Assembly (NCBI GenBank): GCA_964602635.1
Contig: CAZRRU010000091.1
Location: 54 to 64,053 of the forward strand
DNA: 64,000 nt
Direction: 5' to 3'
Source of the DNA: an uncultured Gemmatimonadota bacterium
GTDB taxonomy: Bacteria; Gemmatimonadota; Gemmatimonadetes; Palauibacterales; Palauibacteraceae
Positions 15,286 to 23,802 of the stretch are shown piece by piece; the first letter of the stretch is position 1; each line of letters starts with the position of its first letter. The notes beneath the pieces are model-generated. The model did not search any database and was not told the origin of the DNA. It was given only the letters and a program-made list of their open reading frames with translations. The position numbers and the translations under genes are program-made.

Positions 15286-17423
15286 CCAGACACGTGTCGT
15301 GGCGCGATCTGAATCGGCTTGTGGACGACGAGCTGGAAACCGATGCGCGCGTTCCGGCGATTGAACACGTCGCGGCCTGTCCGAAGTGCTCGCGGCGCGT
15401 GTCGTTCCTCGGGAGCCTGCGGAACGCCGGGCGCGACATGAGGCACCCCGCTCCGCCCCACGAGCTGCTGGAGGACGTCCTGCGGAGCCGGTCGGAGGGC
15501 GCACGTGTAATTCTCCCGGCGATCCCGGCGCCGCCGAGCGCACGGCGGCGGGCGCTGCCGGCCGTTGCTGCGGCCGCAATCGTGGTGGGTCTGGCGTTCC
15601 TCGTTCCGCTGTTTCTCGCGTCCGAAGCCGGCGCCGGGGCCAGCGAGCTCACCTTCGATCCGCCGAGGCCCATCCCGGGGGAGGAAGTTCGCCTGACGTA
15701 TCGGCCGACGACCGAGCTGGTCGGCGAGGCGGAGCTGCGCGTGCGCCTGCATATCAGACAGCCGAACTCCGAGCCTCCGCGCGGGACCCTGGGAGCGCAC
15801 GACGAAGTGATGCTCCTTCCGGACGGTGACGGCCGGTACACGGGCCGCTTTCGACTTCCCCCGGATTTCGCCTACGCCGTCATGGCCGTCGAAAGTCCGT
15901 CCCGCGACCGCGTGGACGATCGTGACGGCCGCTTGTGGGACCTGCGGGCGCATGCGGAAGACGGCACTCCCAGTCTCGGGGCCGTCCGACAGGAGTTCTT
16001 CGTGCTGGAGCAAAGGAGCTGGCCGGAGGCGGGGGAGGCCCTGCACGACATGACGGTTCTCTACCCGGAGCGTGCCGAGGGATGGTCCCGCCAGTTGTTG
16101 CACGATCGGCCGGCCCAGCTCCCGGACGAGGAGGCGGCAAGCCGGGTCAAACACCGCGAGCTGTTTCGGGACATCGAGAAGGAGCCGAAGCGGTTCGAGT
16201 CTTCCGTCGAAGAGACAGCCGCGATGGTACGCTATGCCGCCGCGCTCGAAGATTCGGCCGCATTCCGCGAGTGGATGACCCGTCTCGAGACATTGGACCC
16301 GGCTCACCGCCTGGTCGTGACCGTGCGCCTTGTCGAGTTCGGAGGGGATCCTGCTCGCGCCGCCGCATACCTGGAGCAGCTGTGGTCCGCTGATGGCCGG
16401 AGCGCGAGTGACATCTGTTGGGAGGGATTCCAGACTGCGGAGCGTGCCCGGGACGCGGCAGCGGCGCGCCGATGGGCACTGCGCGGCCTCCTGGTGGAGG
16501 AAGACGCCGTGCGGATCAGGGACATGGCGCTGGCCCTGGTGGCCCATCCCGAGACCCGGGAGCGGGGAGTTTCGGCGATCCGGGACCTGGTGTCCGACAT
16601 CTCACAAGCCGCGGACGAGGAACGATCGCTCCACTCCACGCCGGAGGAAGTCGCCCGGGCTTCCCGAAAGCTCCAGGCGGTCCTGCTGGTGGAGCTCGCC
16701 AGGCAGCTTCTGACGGCGGGCGAGGCGGATTCAGCGATCGCCGAGTTGGAAGCAGCGGATGGCTTGGGCGAGTGGTTGCCCGACCTTTACCGCACGCGGC
16801 TCGAGGCGCGGCTCCTTCAGGGCGACGCACAGGGCGCTCGCGCCGATTTCCACCGACTCGACGCGGATCCGATCTACTCCCGTGAATCGATCGATTCTCT
16901 GCGCCACCGGCTTCCCCCGATATCGACCCGAGAGCTGCACTCCGGCCGCGAGCAAGCCGAGCGGGAGATGACGGAGCGAGTGTTTGCGAATCAGGACGTG
17001 CGACGCGGACTTCCACCGGTCGAACTGCTCACTTCGACCGGTCAGTCCCGATCGCTGGAGAGTCTCGTGGCCGGCCGGCCTACCGTGTTGATGTTCTGGG
17101 ACCGCCGGTTGCTCGACCTGGGGGAAGGCATCGATGAGGTCATCCGGGCGCGGAACCTCATCGCGGGTGGTGTCGGCCAGCTGCTGTGGATCACGCCGGA
17201 GCCGGACTCCGAGTCACTGCAGGCCTTCACGCGGGAGGCGGGTCTCGGGGTGCCGGTGTACCACGACCCGGGCGCCAAGCTCGCCACGAGCCTGGGGGAG
17301 TGGGGCAGCAGCGGCTACTACGTCATCAATCGGGCCGGAATGATCCGAGCCCGTACCAATAGCCTGATGGAGGCCGTCAGGCATCTCGAGGTCCTGCAGC
17401 TCGGATCTCGCGACACGGCCTGA
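15273..17423 (+). CDS. Anti-sigma factor (zf-HC2 N-terminus, one TM helix, large helical/TPR-like periplasmic part, C-terminal thioredoxin-like fold lacking CxxC)
   Basis: 716 aa, overlapping the sigma gene by 13 nt. The zinc motif is HVAACPKC. The TM helix is LPAVAAAAIVVGLAFLVPLFLA. The C-terminus is GRPTVLMFWDRRLLDLGEG...LLWITPEPDSESLQAFTREAGLGVPVYHDPGAKLATSLG...YYVINRAGMI. This has the TlpA/AhpC-like layout, but DRRL replaces the active-site WCxxC. Confidence 0.8.
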   Translation: MVWLTRHVSWRDLNRLVDDELETDARVPAIEHVAACPKCSRRVSFLGSLRNAGRDMRHPAPPHELLEDVLRSRSEGARVILPAIPAPPSARRRALPAVAAAAIVVGLAFLVPLFLASEAGAGASELTFDPPRPIPGEEVRLTYRPTTELVGEAELRVRLHIRQPNSEPPRGTLGAHDEVMLLPDGDGRYTGRFRLPPDFAYAVMAVESPSRDRVDDRDGRLWDLRAHAEDGTPSLGAVRQEFFVLEQRSWPEAGEALHDMTVLYPERAEGWSRQLLHDRPAQLPDEEAASRVKHRELFRDIEKEPKRFESSVEETAAMVRYAAALEDSAAFREWMTRLETLDPAHRLVVTVRLVEFGGDPARAAAYLEQLWSADGRSASDICWEGFQTAERARDAAAARRWALRGLLVEEDAVRIRDMALALVAHPETRERGVSAIRDLVSDISQAADEERSLHSTPEEVARASRKLQAVLLVELARQLLTAGEADSAIAELEAADGLGEWLPDLYRTRLEARLLQGDAQGARADFHRLDADPIYSRESIDSLRHRLPPISTRELHSGREQAEREMTERVFANQDVRRGLPPVELLTSTGQSRSLESLVAGRPTVLMFWDRRLLDLGEGIDEVIRARNLIAGGVGQLLWITPEPDSESLQAFTREAGLGVPVYHDPGAKLATSLGEWGSSGYYVINRAGMIRARTNSLMEAVRHLEVLQLGSRDTA

Positions 17424-17539
17424 GCCGGCGGGAAGACCCGTCGGCCGAAGGTAGCTGGCTGGTCGCGGTTCCACGACGATCCGCCGTTTCCCGGCCGTTC
17501 TCTTATTCCCGGCCTCATGACTCAACGGCGGAGGTTCCA

Positions 17540-17746
17540 ATGCGTCTCATCAAACTCGTCACCCGCTCGGCCATCGTGTGCTCCCTGTTCGTGCTCACGC
17601 CGCTCACCTTCACGGCCGAGGGAGGCGTGGACGACAATCTGGCCTGCTCCGAAGAGCAGAAGCCGGACTGCAAACGGCAGATCGACTCCGTGTGCACGGC
17701 CGGCAGCAAGCCGGCCATGAACTACTACACGGTTGCGGAGCTCTAG
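17540..17746 (+). CDS. Secreted microprotein (68 aa precursor; about 42-aa mature part with 3 Cys), no family recognised
   Basis: GGAGG lies 5 nt upstream of the ATG. The signal peptide is MRLIKLVTRSAIVCSLFVLTPLTFTA. Nearly all third codon positions are G/C, whereas the overlapping track frame (17578..) is Arg-rich nonsense. The stop TAG shares its G with the GTG start of the next gene. Confidence 0.7.
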   Translation: MRLIKLVTRSAIVCSLFVLTPLTFTAEGGVDDNLACSEEQKPDCKRQIDSVCTAGSKPAMNYYTVAEL

Positions 17747-18852
17747 TGAACACGCTCGTGAAGGTGCCGCTCGGCGGCGCCGCGTTCATCGCCTGGATGG
17801 GGTTCGCGTTCGGCACGTCCACGCCGTCGCTTCCGGACGACGACCTGGGCCCTCCGCCGGTCGAAGTGATCCCGTTGGCGGGTACCACGCTGTACGACGG
17901 CGACGTGCTGGCGATGCCCACGCAGATCGCGGTCGCCCGGGACCGCATCGCGCTGGTCGACAATTTTGCCGAACGGCAGGTCCACGTGCTGGACCTGGCA
18001 GGCCGCTACGTCGCGGGGCTCGGTAGATCCGGCGAAGGCCCGGGCGAATTCGAGGGTGCGCGTGCACTGGAACCGACCGCCGACGGCCAGGGATTCTGGG
18101 TGTTCGACGCCGCGCTGTCCCGCCTCACGCTGGTCGAGCCGGATCGGTGGGATGCGATTCCCGCCTCCAGCCGGGTAACCCTGCCCCTCCGCGGGCCGGC
18201 GTTCGTCTTGAGCCTCGTGCGGCTGGCGGATGGAGGGTTCCTCGCGGCCGGGTTCTTCGGCGAAGGGCGCCTGGGGCATTTCACGGAAGATGGCGAGTAC
18301 GAGGGGGCCTCGGGCGCCCTGCCGACCTCCGACATCGAAGCCCCTCCCGAGGTCGTGCAACACGCCTATCGGGGCAACCTGGAGGCGGACCCGGCCGGAG
18401 GCCGTCTCGTGCTCGCCAATCGGCATGCCGGTTTCCTCGAAGTCTTCACTTCGGATGGTGAGTCGGTGCGCCGCATAGACGGGCCGTTCAGTTTCGACCC
18501 GGTTTTCGAAGTGAAGGTGGGTGAGCGGGGTCCGAGCCTGGCGACAGGCGAGAGCCTGCGGTTCGGTTACGTGGACGTCGCCACCACGACAGACCGGATC
18601 TACGCCCTGTTCTCCGGTCGGACCCGCGCCGGCCACCCGGACGACGCGGTGTACGGACGCGAGGTGCACGTGTTCGACTGGGACGGCACGCTGCACTCGG
18701 TTCTGCATCTGGACGCGGACGCCATGGCGATCGCCGTGGACCCTCGGCGAAACCGCCTTCTCACCGTACGACATCTGCCGTCCCCGGCCGTCCTGTCGTA
18801 CGAGCTGCGGCCGGAGACGCGCCTGGCGGTGCGAATGGCGCGAGCGGACTGA
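17746..18852 (+). CDS. Membrane-anchored 6-bladed beta-propeller protein (NHL/TolB-like, DUF5128-like)
   Basis: This is the C-terminal part of track ORF 17578..18852, with a GTG start at 17746 (VNTLVKVPLGGAAFIAWMGFAFG, a signal anchor). Propeller-type repeats are visible (GEGPGEFEGARAL, DRIALVDN, GRLVLANRHAGFLEVFTSDG, DRIYALFSG, IAVDPRRNRLL). The family assignment is from memory of BF3164-like 6-bladed propellers. Confidence 0.7.
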   Translation: MNTLVKVPLGGAAFIAWMGFAFGTSTPSLPDDDLGPPPVEVIPLAGTTLYDGDVLAMPTQIAVARDRIALVDNFAERQVHVLDLAGRYVAGLGRSGEGPGEFEGARALEPTADGQGFWVFDAALSRLTLVEPDRWDAIPASSRVTLPLRGPAFVLSLVRLADGGFLAAGFFGEGRLGHFTEDGEYEGASGALPTSDIEAPPEVVQHAYRGNLEADPAGGRLVLANRHAGFLEVFTSDGESVRRIDGPFSFDPVFEVKVGERGPSLATGESLRFGYVDVATTTDRIYALFSGRTRAGHPDDAVYGREVHVFDWDGTLHSVLHLDADAMAIAVDPRRNRLLTVRHLPSPAVLSYELRPETRLAVRMARAD

Positions 18853-18896
18853 CCGACCGTTGAGGTGGGCCGCGGTGTCCGGTACATTCGGCCACC

Positions 18897-20213
18897 GTGA
18901 CCACCCCGACGCGTACGATTCGGTTTCCGTTCGAGATACGAGAGCTCGACAACGGGTTGAGAGTGATCCTGCAGCCGGATCGCTCGAGTCCCGTCGTCGC
19001 GGTTCATCTCATGTATCACGTCGGGTCGAAGAACGAGCGTCCCGGAGGAACCGGGTTCGCGCACCTGTTCGAGCACCTCCTGTTCCAGGGATCGGAGCAC
19101 GTCGCTGAGGCCGAGCACTTCCGCCTGATCCAGGAGGCGGGGGGGACGCTCAACGGCTCCACGTGGTTCGACCGCACGAACTACTTCGAGACCGTGCCAT
19201 CCCATCAACTGGATCTCGCCCTGTGGCTCGAGGCCGATCGCATGGGCTGGTTCCTCGCTTCCATCACGCAGGCCAAGCTGGACAACCAGCGCGACGTGGT
19301 GAAGAACGAGCGCCGGCAATCGTACGAGAATCGTCCCTATGGGCTAGCCACGGAGACCGTCCTCCAGCATGCCTTCCCGCCAGGCCATCCATACCGCCAC
19401 CCGACCATCGGCTACATGGAGGACCTCGACCGGGCGAGCCTGGATGATGTGAAGGACTTCTTCCGCACGTGGTACGGGCCGGGGAACGCGGTGCTGGTGA
19501 TCTGCGGAGACATTGAACCCGATGAAGCGCTGCGGCGCGCAGACCGGTACTTCGGCGAGATCCCCTCGCGCCCCCCTCCCGACCGCCCGTCCATCGGGAC
19601 GGTCGTACACGGTTCGCCATCCCTCATCCAGCTCGAGGACTCGGTGAGCGTCCCACGCGTGTACATGATGTATCACGGTCCGTCCGTTCGGTCTCCCGAC
19701 TACGAGACGGCCGCGCTGCTCGCCTCACTCCTCGCCGGCGGGCGCTCATCGCGCCTGTACCAGGACATGGTGTACGATCGGCGTCTCGCCGCAGACGTGC
19801 ACGCCTTCGCGTGGCCCCTCGAGAGCGTCGGCATGCTGTGGATGGTAGCGACGGCGCGACCCGGCGTGAGCGCCGAAGCTCTGCAGTCAGGTATGGATGA
19901 CACGCTGGCCGGGCTCGCCGACTCGCCGCCCCGCGAGAAAGAAGTCTCCGGCGCCCGCAATCGAGCCCGCCACCAGCTGGTGTTACAGCTCGAGAGCGTG
20001 GGAGGAAGGGCGAGCGTCCTGGCCCATGCCGCGGTCGTGCGGGGCGACGTGGACTACGTGAACACGTCGTTCGACCTGTACGGCGCGGTTGGCGCGGGAG
20101 ACCTGCGGGACCTGGCAGCGCGACTTCTGGTGGCAGAGCGCCGGACGGTAGTGCACGTGGTCCCGCGCGAGCCGGGCGCTCCGGTCGACCCGTCGTCCGA
20201 GGACGCCCCGTGA
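18897..20213 (+). CDS. M16 (pitrilysin/insulinase) family zinc peptidase, catalytic subunit
   Basis: 438 aa. An HxxEH zinc motif is present (GFAHLFEHLLFQGS). No signal peptide is visible. Confidence 0.9.
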   Translation: MTTPTRTIRFPFEIRELDNGLRVILQPDRSSPVVAVHLMYHVGSKNERPGGTGFAHLFEHLLFQGSEHVAEAEHFRLIQEAGGTLNGSTWFDRTNYFETVPSHQLDLALWLEADRMGWFLASITQAKLDNQRDVVKNERRQSYENRPYGLATETVLQHAFPPGHPYRHPTIGYMEDLDRASLDDVKDFFRTWYGPGNAVLVICGDIEPDEALRRADRYFGEIPSRPPPDRPSIGTVVHGSPSLIQLEDSVSVPRVYMMYHGPSVRSPDYETAALLASLLAGGRSSRLYQDMVYDRRLAADVHAFAWPLESVGMLWMVATARPGVSAEALQSGMDDTLAGLADSPPREKEVSGARNRARHQLVLQLESVGGRASVLAHAAVVRGDVDYVNTSFDLYGAVGAGDLRDLAARLLVAERRTVVHVVPREPGAPVDPSSEDAP

Positions 20214-21556
20214 GCCTCGATCGGACCCGTGTCCCGGCGTCGGGTGCGGCCCCGGCCCCGACCGTGCCCCGTCCCCACCGCCTGAGGCTCGACAACGGCA
20301 TGAGCCTGGTTTCGGTGAACCGCGACTGGTTGCCGGAGGCGACGCTCAGTCTGGTGCTGCCCGCCGGCGCTCACTCCACCGCAGCCGGTACCGCCGGACT
20401 CGCATCCCTCATGGCCAAGGTCCTGCCAGAAGGCGCCTCCGGGCGAGGGGCACAAGAGATGGCGGTGTGGATCGACGGTCTGGGTCTCCAGCTCCGCGTG
20501 TCGGCCGGGTACGACTCGCTGGTCCTCCGGGTACGCACGCTTTCCGAGCAGCTCGAGCCGACGCTGGACGTTCTGGCAGCGCTGGCGCTCGAGCCTGACT
20601 TCCTGGTGGCCGAAGTCGAGCGCTGCAAAGCTGAGCGCCTCGACGGGATCCGAAGGCTGAGGGACGAGCCCGTGGAGGTGGCCGCCGACCTCCTGGCCGA
20701 ACTCCTGTATGGGGATCATCCATATGGACGGCTCCCTCGCGGCCGTCTGGACACGGTCGAGCCCCTGGGGCGCCGGGACCTCGCAGGATTTCATCGAGAT
20801 CGTTTCAGCCCCCGGGCCGCGACACTGGCCGCGTGCGGCGATCTACCCGACGGCTTCGAGGACCTGGTGGTGGCGCGATTCGGCAACTGGCACGGCCCGG
20901 ACGTGGACCCCCGGCCCGCGGCTTCCGTCCAGCAGGTATCGAGCCCCGGGACGGTCCTCGTGGACCGTCCCGGGAGCGGCCAGTCCGAGATCCGGATCGC
21001 CGGCATCGGCCTGCGCCGGGGGGATCCCGACGAGCCAGCTGCCCGCGTGACCAATGCGATCCTCGGCGGGCTGTTCAACTCGCGCCTCAACATGAACCTC
21101 CGCGAGGACAAGGGGTGGACGTACGGCGCCCGGTCCGCTCTCACTCTGCGCCGCGCGCGAGGTCCTCTGACCCTGCGGGCGGCGGTCGATACTCCCGTGA
21201 CGGTAGATGCCGTGCGCGAGATGCTCGCCGAGGCCGGTCGGATGCGCCGATCGCTCCCGGACGAGGGGGAGATGCGAACGGCTTCCGGGGCCCTCACCCG
21301 TTCGCTGCCCCTCCGCTTCGAGACGAGCCGTCAAATAGTCCGGACGCTCGTCGAACAGGTCGTCTACGACCTCCCGGACGACTACTGGAACAGTTTTCCC
21401 GGCCGGATCGAGGCGGTTTCGCCTCGCGAGGTGCGGGAAATGGCCGTTCGACTGCTGGATCCCGGCCTATTTGTGGTTCTGGTGGTGGGCGACGCCGAAG
21501 CCGTGCTGCCGGATCTCGAGAGCCTGGGTTCGGTGACCCTCCGCGAGGCGCCTTGA
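20210..21556 (+). CDS. M16 family peptidase, non-catalytic partner (no HxxEH)
   Basis: 448 aa with a GTGA overlap with the preceding M16 gene. It has the M16 fold layout, but the HxxEH position reads ASLMAKVLPEG. Confidence 0.85.
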   Translation: MSLDRTRVPASGAAPAPTVPRPHRLRLDNGMSLVSVNRDWLPEATLSLVLPAGAHSTAAGTAGLASLMAKVLPEGASGRGAQEMAVWIDGLGLQLRVSAGYDSLVLRVRTLSEQLEPTLDVLAALALEPDFLVAEVERCKAERLDGIRRLRDEPVEVAADLLAELLYGDHPYGRLPRGRLDTVEPLGRRDLAGFHRDRFSPRAATLAACGDLPDGFEDLVVARFGNWHGPDVDPRPAASVQQVSSPGTVLVDRPGSGQSEIRIAGIGLRRGDPDEPAARVTNAILGGLFNSRLNMNLREDKGWTYGARSALTLRRARGPLTLRAAVDTPVTVDAVREMLAEAGRMRRSLPDEGEMRTASGALTRSLPLRFETSRQIVRTLVEQVVYDLPDDYWNSFPGRIEAVSPREVREMAVRLLDPGLFVVLVVGDAEAVLPDLESLGSVTLREAP

Positions 21557-21619
21557 GCTTCGGTATGTTTTCGGTTATTCTGGACCCGTGTCAAAGGTGA
21601 CTGATTGAACGATTCAGAC

Positions 21620-22192
21620 ATGATGCCGGAAGACGTCGGGTTGCGGACGAGCCGTTCCGTTTACCGCGGCAACATGCTGGACGTTCGAGAAGACACCGTG
21701 CGGTTCCCGAACGGAAGCGAGAGTATCCTCGAGATCGTTCGGCATCGCGGTGCTGCTGCCGTTCTCCCGGTGTACCGAGCGGAGGACTGCGAGCCCGGAA
21801 CCGGTCCCGACGTGGTCCTGTTGCGACAGTACAGGTACGCCGCGGGTGGCACGCTTTGGGAAGCGCCGGCCGGCAAACTGGACGAGGGGGAGTCCCCGGA
21901 AGCCTGTGCAGCCCGGGAGCTCGAGGAGGAGGCGGGGATCAAGGCCAGCCGGCTGATTCCGCTTACGACCCTCCTCACGACGCCGGGCTTCTCGGACGAG
22001 CGCATCCACCTTTTCGTGGCCACCGGCCTGGAGAAGGGCCGGCAGGCGCTGGAGGAGCACGAGGTCATCGAGTGTCGCCGTATGTCGTTGGCTCGGGCCG
22101 TCGAACTGGTCCTTTCCGGTGAGATCGTGGACGGTAAGACCGTCAGTCTGGTGTTGATGGCGGCGGTTACGCCGGGCCTTCTGAGCGGGTGA
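21620..22192 (+). CDS. Nudix hydrolase (ADP-ribose pyrophosphatase-like)
   Basis: The Nudix box is GKLDEGESPEACAARELEEEAGI. The track start is TTG 21605. The in-frame ATG at 21620 (MMPEDVG) is more likely. Confidence 0.85.
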   Translation: MMPEDVGLRTSRSVYRGNMLDVREDTVRFPNGSESILEIVRHRGAAAVLPVYRAEDCEPGTGPDVVLLRQYRYAAGGTLWEAPAGKLDEGESPEACAARELEEEAGIKASRLIPLTTLLTTPGFSDERIHLFVATGLEKGRQALEEHEVIECRRMSLARAVELVLSGEIVDGKTVSLVLMAAVTPGLLSG

Positions 22193-22366
22193 GTGAGCGC
22201 CGGTCCGGTGCGCGGAGCAACAATCGTGGACCGGCAGGTGTCAGAAGGGCAGGGAAGGGATCTGGCCCGGTGATGACTGCGCCGGGAGATTCATAGAAGC
22301 GACAGCGGAGGGACCTTCGGGGGTGTCGGTCCAGGTGCGACGCCCGTCACACGTTCGCTCCCGGGC

Positions 22367-22393
22367 GGGGAAGCCGGGGAAGCCGGGGAACGC
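22367..22393. repeat. Three tandem 9-bp units GGGGAAGCC GGGGAAGCC GGGGAACGC just upstream of the second sigma gene
   Basis: Read directly from the sequence. It ends 11 nt before the ATG at 22405 and runs into the AGGAGAA ribosome-binding site. Confidence 0.6.
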
Positions 22394-22404
22394 AGGAGAA
22401 CACA

Positions 22405-23058
22405 ATGGCCAACGCGATAGAGACCGGGAGATTGGAAGGTTCGGAGGCGCGCGTCGATGAGCGGGCGCTGCGGTCGAACCTCAAGGACCTGGATGACGCG
22501 GCACTGGTGGCGGAGTATCTGGAGGGCCGACGGCATGCCTTCAACGAGCTCGCCGAGCGCTATCATACCCGTCTCCTGAACTTCATCTACCGTACGATTG
22601 GAGACCGGGATCGAGCTGAAGACCTTGTCCAGGAGACGTTCGTACGCGTGTACCGTCACCTGCACAGGTTCGACCCGACCAAGAAATTCTCGACGTGGAT
22701 CTACACGATCGCGAGTAACCTGGCGAAGAACGAGCTGCGCAACAGGTCGCGGAACCCCCTGGTGCTGTTCCAGGCGATCAAGAAACATTGGGAGGCCGAT
22801 CACCGTCCCCTCCAGTGGGAGGACAGTTCGTATTCGCCGGACGATCTGTTCCGCAAGCGGCATCTGCGGGAGCAGGTCGAGAAGGCGGTGGCGGAGCTTC
22901 CGGAGCATCACCGGGTCGTGTTCGTCCTGCGCGAGATGGAGGGCAAGACGTACGAGGAGATCTCGGAGATCACCGGGGTCACGCTGGGCACCGTGAAATC
23001 GCGGCTGAACCGGGCGCGGAACAAGTTCGCCCTGATCATCGGTCCGATGCTGGAGTAG
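22405..23058 (+). CDS. ECF-type RNA polymerase sigma-70 family factor (RpoE-like)
   Basis: 217 aa. Region 2 is AFNELAERYHTRLLNFIYRTIGDRDRAEDLVQETFVRVY. Region 4 is KTYEEISEITGVTLGTVKSRLNRARNKF. AGGAGAA lies upstream of the start. Confidence 0.9.
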   Translation: MANAIETGRLEGSEARVDERALRSNLKDLDDAALVAEYLEGRRHAFNELAERYHTRLLNFIYRTIGDRDRAEDLVQETFVRVYRHLHRFDPTKKFSTWIYTIASNLAKNELRNRSRNPLVLFQAIKKHWEADHRPLQWEDSSYSPDDLFRKRHLREQVEKAVAELPEHHRVVFVLREMEGKTYEEISEITGVTLGTVKSRLNRARNKFALIIGPMLE

Positions 23059-23130
23059 CCGGCGGACGACCCGAGGCGATAGCGACGAGAGGCGGCCGTT
23101 TGGCCGCCTTTCTTGCATCCGGGAGCCTGC

Positions 23131-23160
23131 GGGAACAACCTCCCGACACGCGCGTAATAT
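23131..23160 (+). promoter_or_regulatory. ECF-type promoter-like motif GGGAAC-N16-CGTAATAT between the sigma and anti-sigma genes
   Basis: GGAAC lies at 23132-23136. It is followed by 16 nt and then CGTA at 23153-23156. This matches the generic ECF -35 GGAAC / -10 CGT pattern (established for SigE/SigW-type promoters). It sits 26-68 nt upstream of the two candidate anti-sigma starts. Confidence 0.4.
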
Positions 23161-23228
23161 TCGCACGCTGGAGTCGATCGGCCCGCATGGGCCGCTGGGG
23201 CGCTAACGGACGAGAGCTGGCTATCGCG

Positions 23229-23792
23229 ATGTCGTGCGATCAATTCGTTGAACTGTACACGGACTACGGGGACGGTCTCCTGGACGCCGCATTGCTTGCG
23301 GAGTTCGAGACACATATGGCCGACTGTCCCTGCTGTGCTCGCTATCACCGCGTGATGCAACGTGGCCTCGAGCTCCTGTCGGACATCCCCCTTCCGGAGA
23401 GTTCCGACGATTTCATGCCTCGCCTGAGGCACCGCCTGTACAACGTGGACTGCGGTGTCACGGAAGGCCGCCGGACCTTCGGTGGGAGCGCCGCGCTCGT
23501 TGGTGTGGCAGCCGTGGGCCTGCTCGCATTGTTCTGGCTCCCCTTCGCGGCGAGCGTACCCCTGGAGATGGAGCTGGCGGCCGTGTCGGCTCAACCTCCT
23601 CCGCCGGGATCCCAGGAGCTGCCATCGCTCTTCCGCAGCGGCCCGTTCGTAAGTACCCTGCTGGTCGAAGACGAATCGTACCTGGACGGATACCTCACGG
23701 AGTTCGAGTGGCCGCCTTCTCCACAAGCGCAAACTGCGTTCGCCATCGAAGCTTCCTACCTCCGGTCGGAGCCCACACTCTTCAACCGCTGA
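23229..23792 (+). CDS. Anti-sigma factor (zf-HC2, single TM helix)
   Basis: This is the C-terminal part of track ORF 22788..23792. The start is ATG 23229 (MSCDQFVELYTDY...) or ATG 23187. The zinc motif is HMADCPCC. The TM helix is AALVGVAAVGLLALFWLPFAA. Confidence 0.8.
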   Translation: MSCDQFVELYTDYGDGLLDAALLAEFETHMADCPCCARYHRVMQRGLELLSDIPLPESSDDFMPRLRHRLYNVDCGVTEGRRTFGGSAALVGVAAVGLLALFWLPFAASVPLEMELAAVSAQPPPPGSQELPSLFRSGPFVSTLLVEDESYLDGYLTEFEWPPSPQAQTAFAIEASYLRSEPTLFNR

Positions 23793-23802
23793 GTCCGCCG
23801 GT

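Noticed and set aside
14082-18852. Prophage or genomic-island insertion at rnpB
   Set aside because: No integrase, recombinase, direct-repeat att candidates or phage structural genes are visible. Composition looks like the rest of the window apart from the short AT-rich spacer.
18897-21556. M16 peptidase pair as the dedicated maturation protease of the upstream microprotein (a RiPP-like reading)
   Set aside because: The microprotein has a Sec-type signal peptide, but both M16 proteins lack signal peptides. Active/inactive M16 pairs are widespread housekeeping genes. No radical SAM, cyclodehydratase or transporter gene is nearby. This is kept only as a caveat, not a claim.
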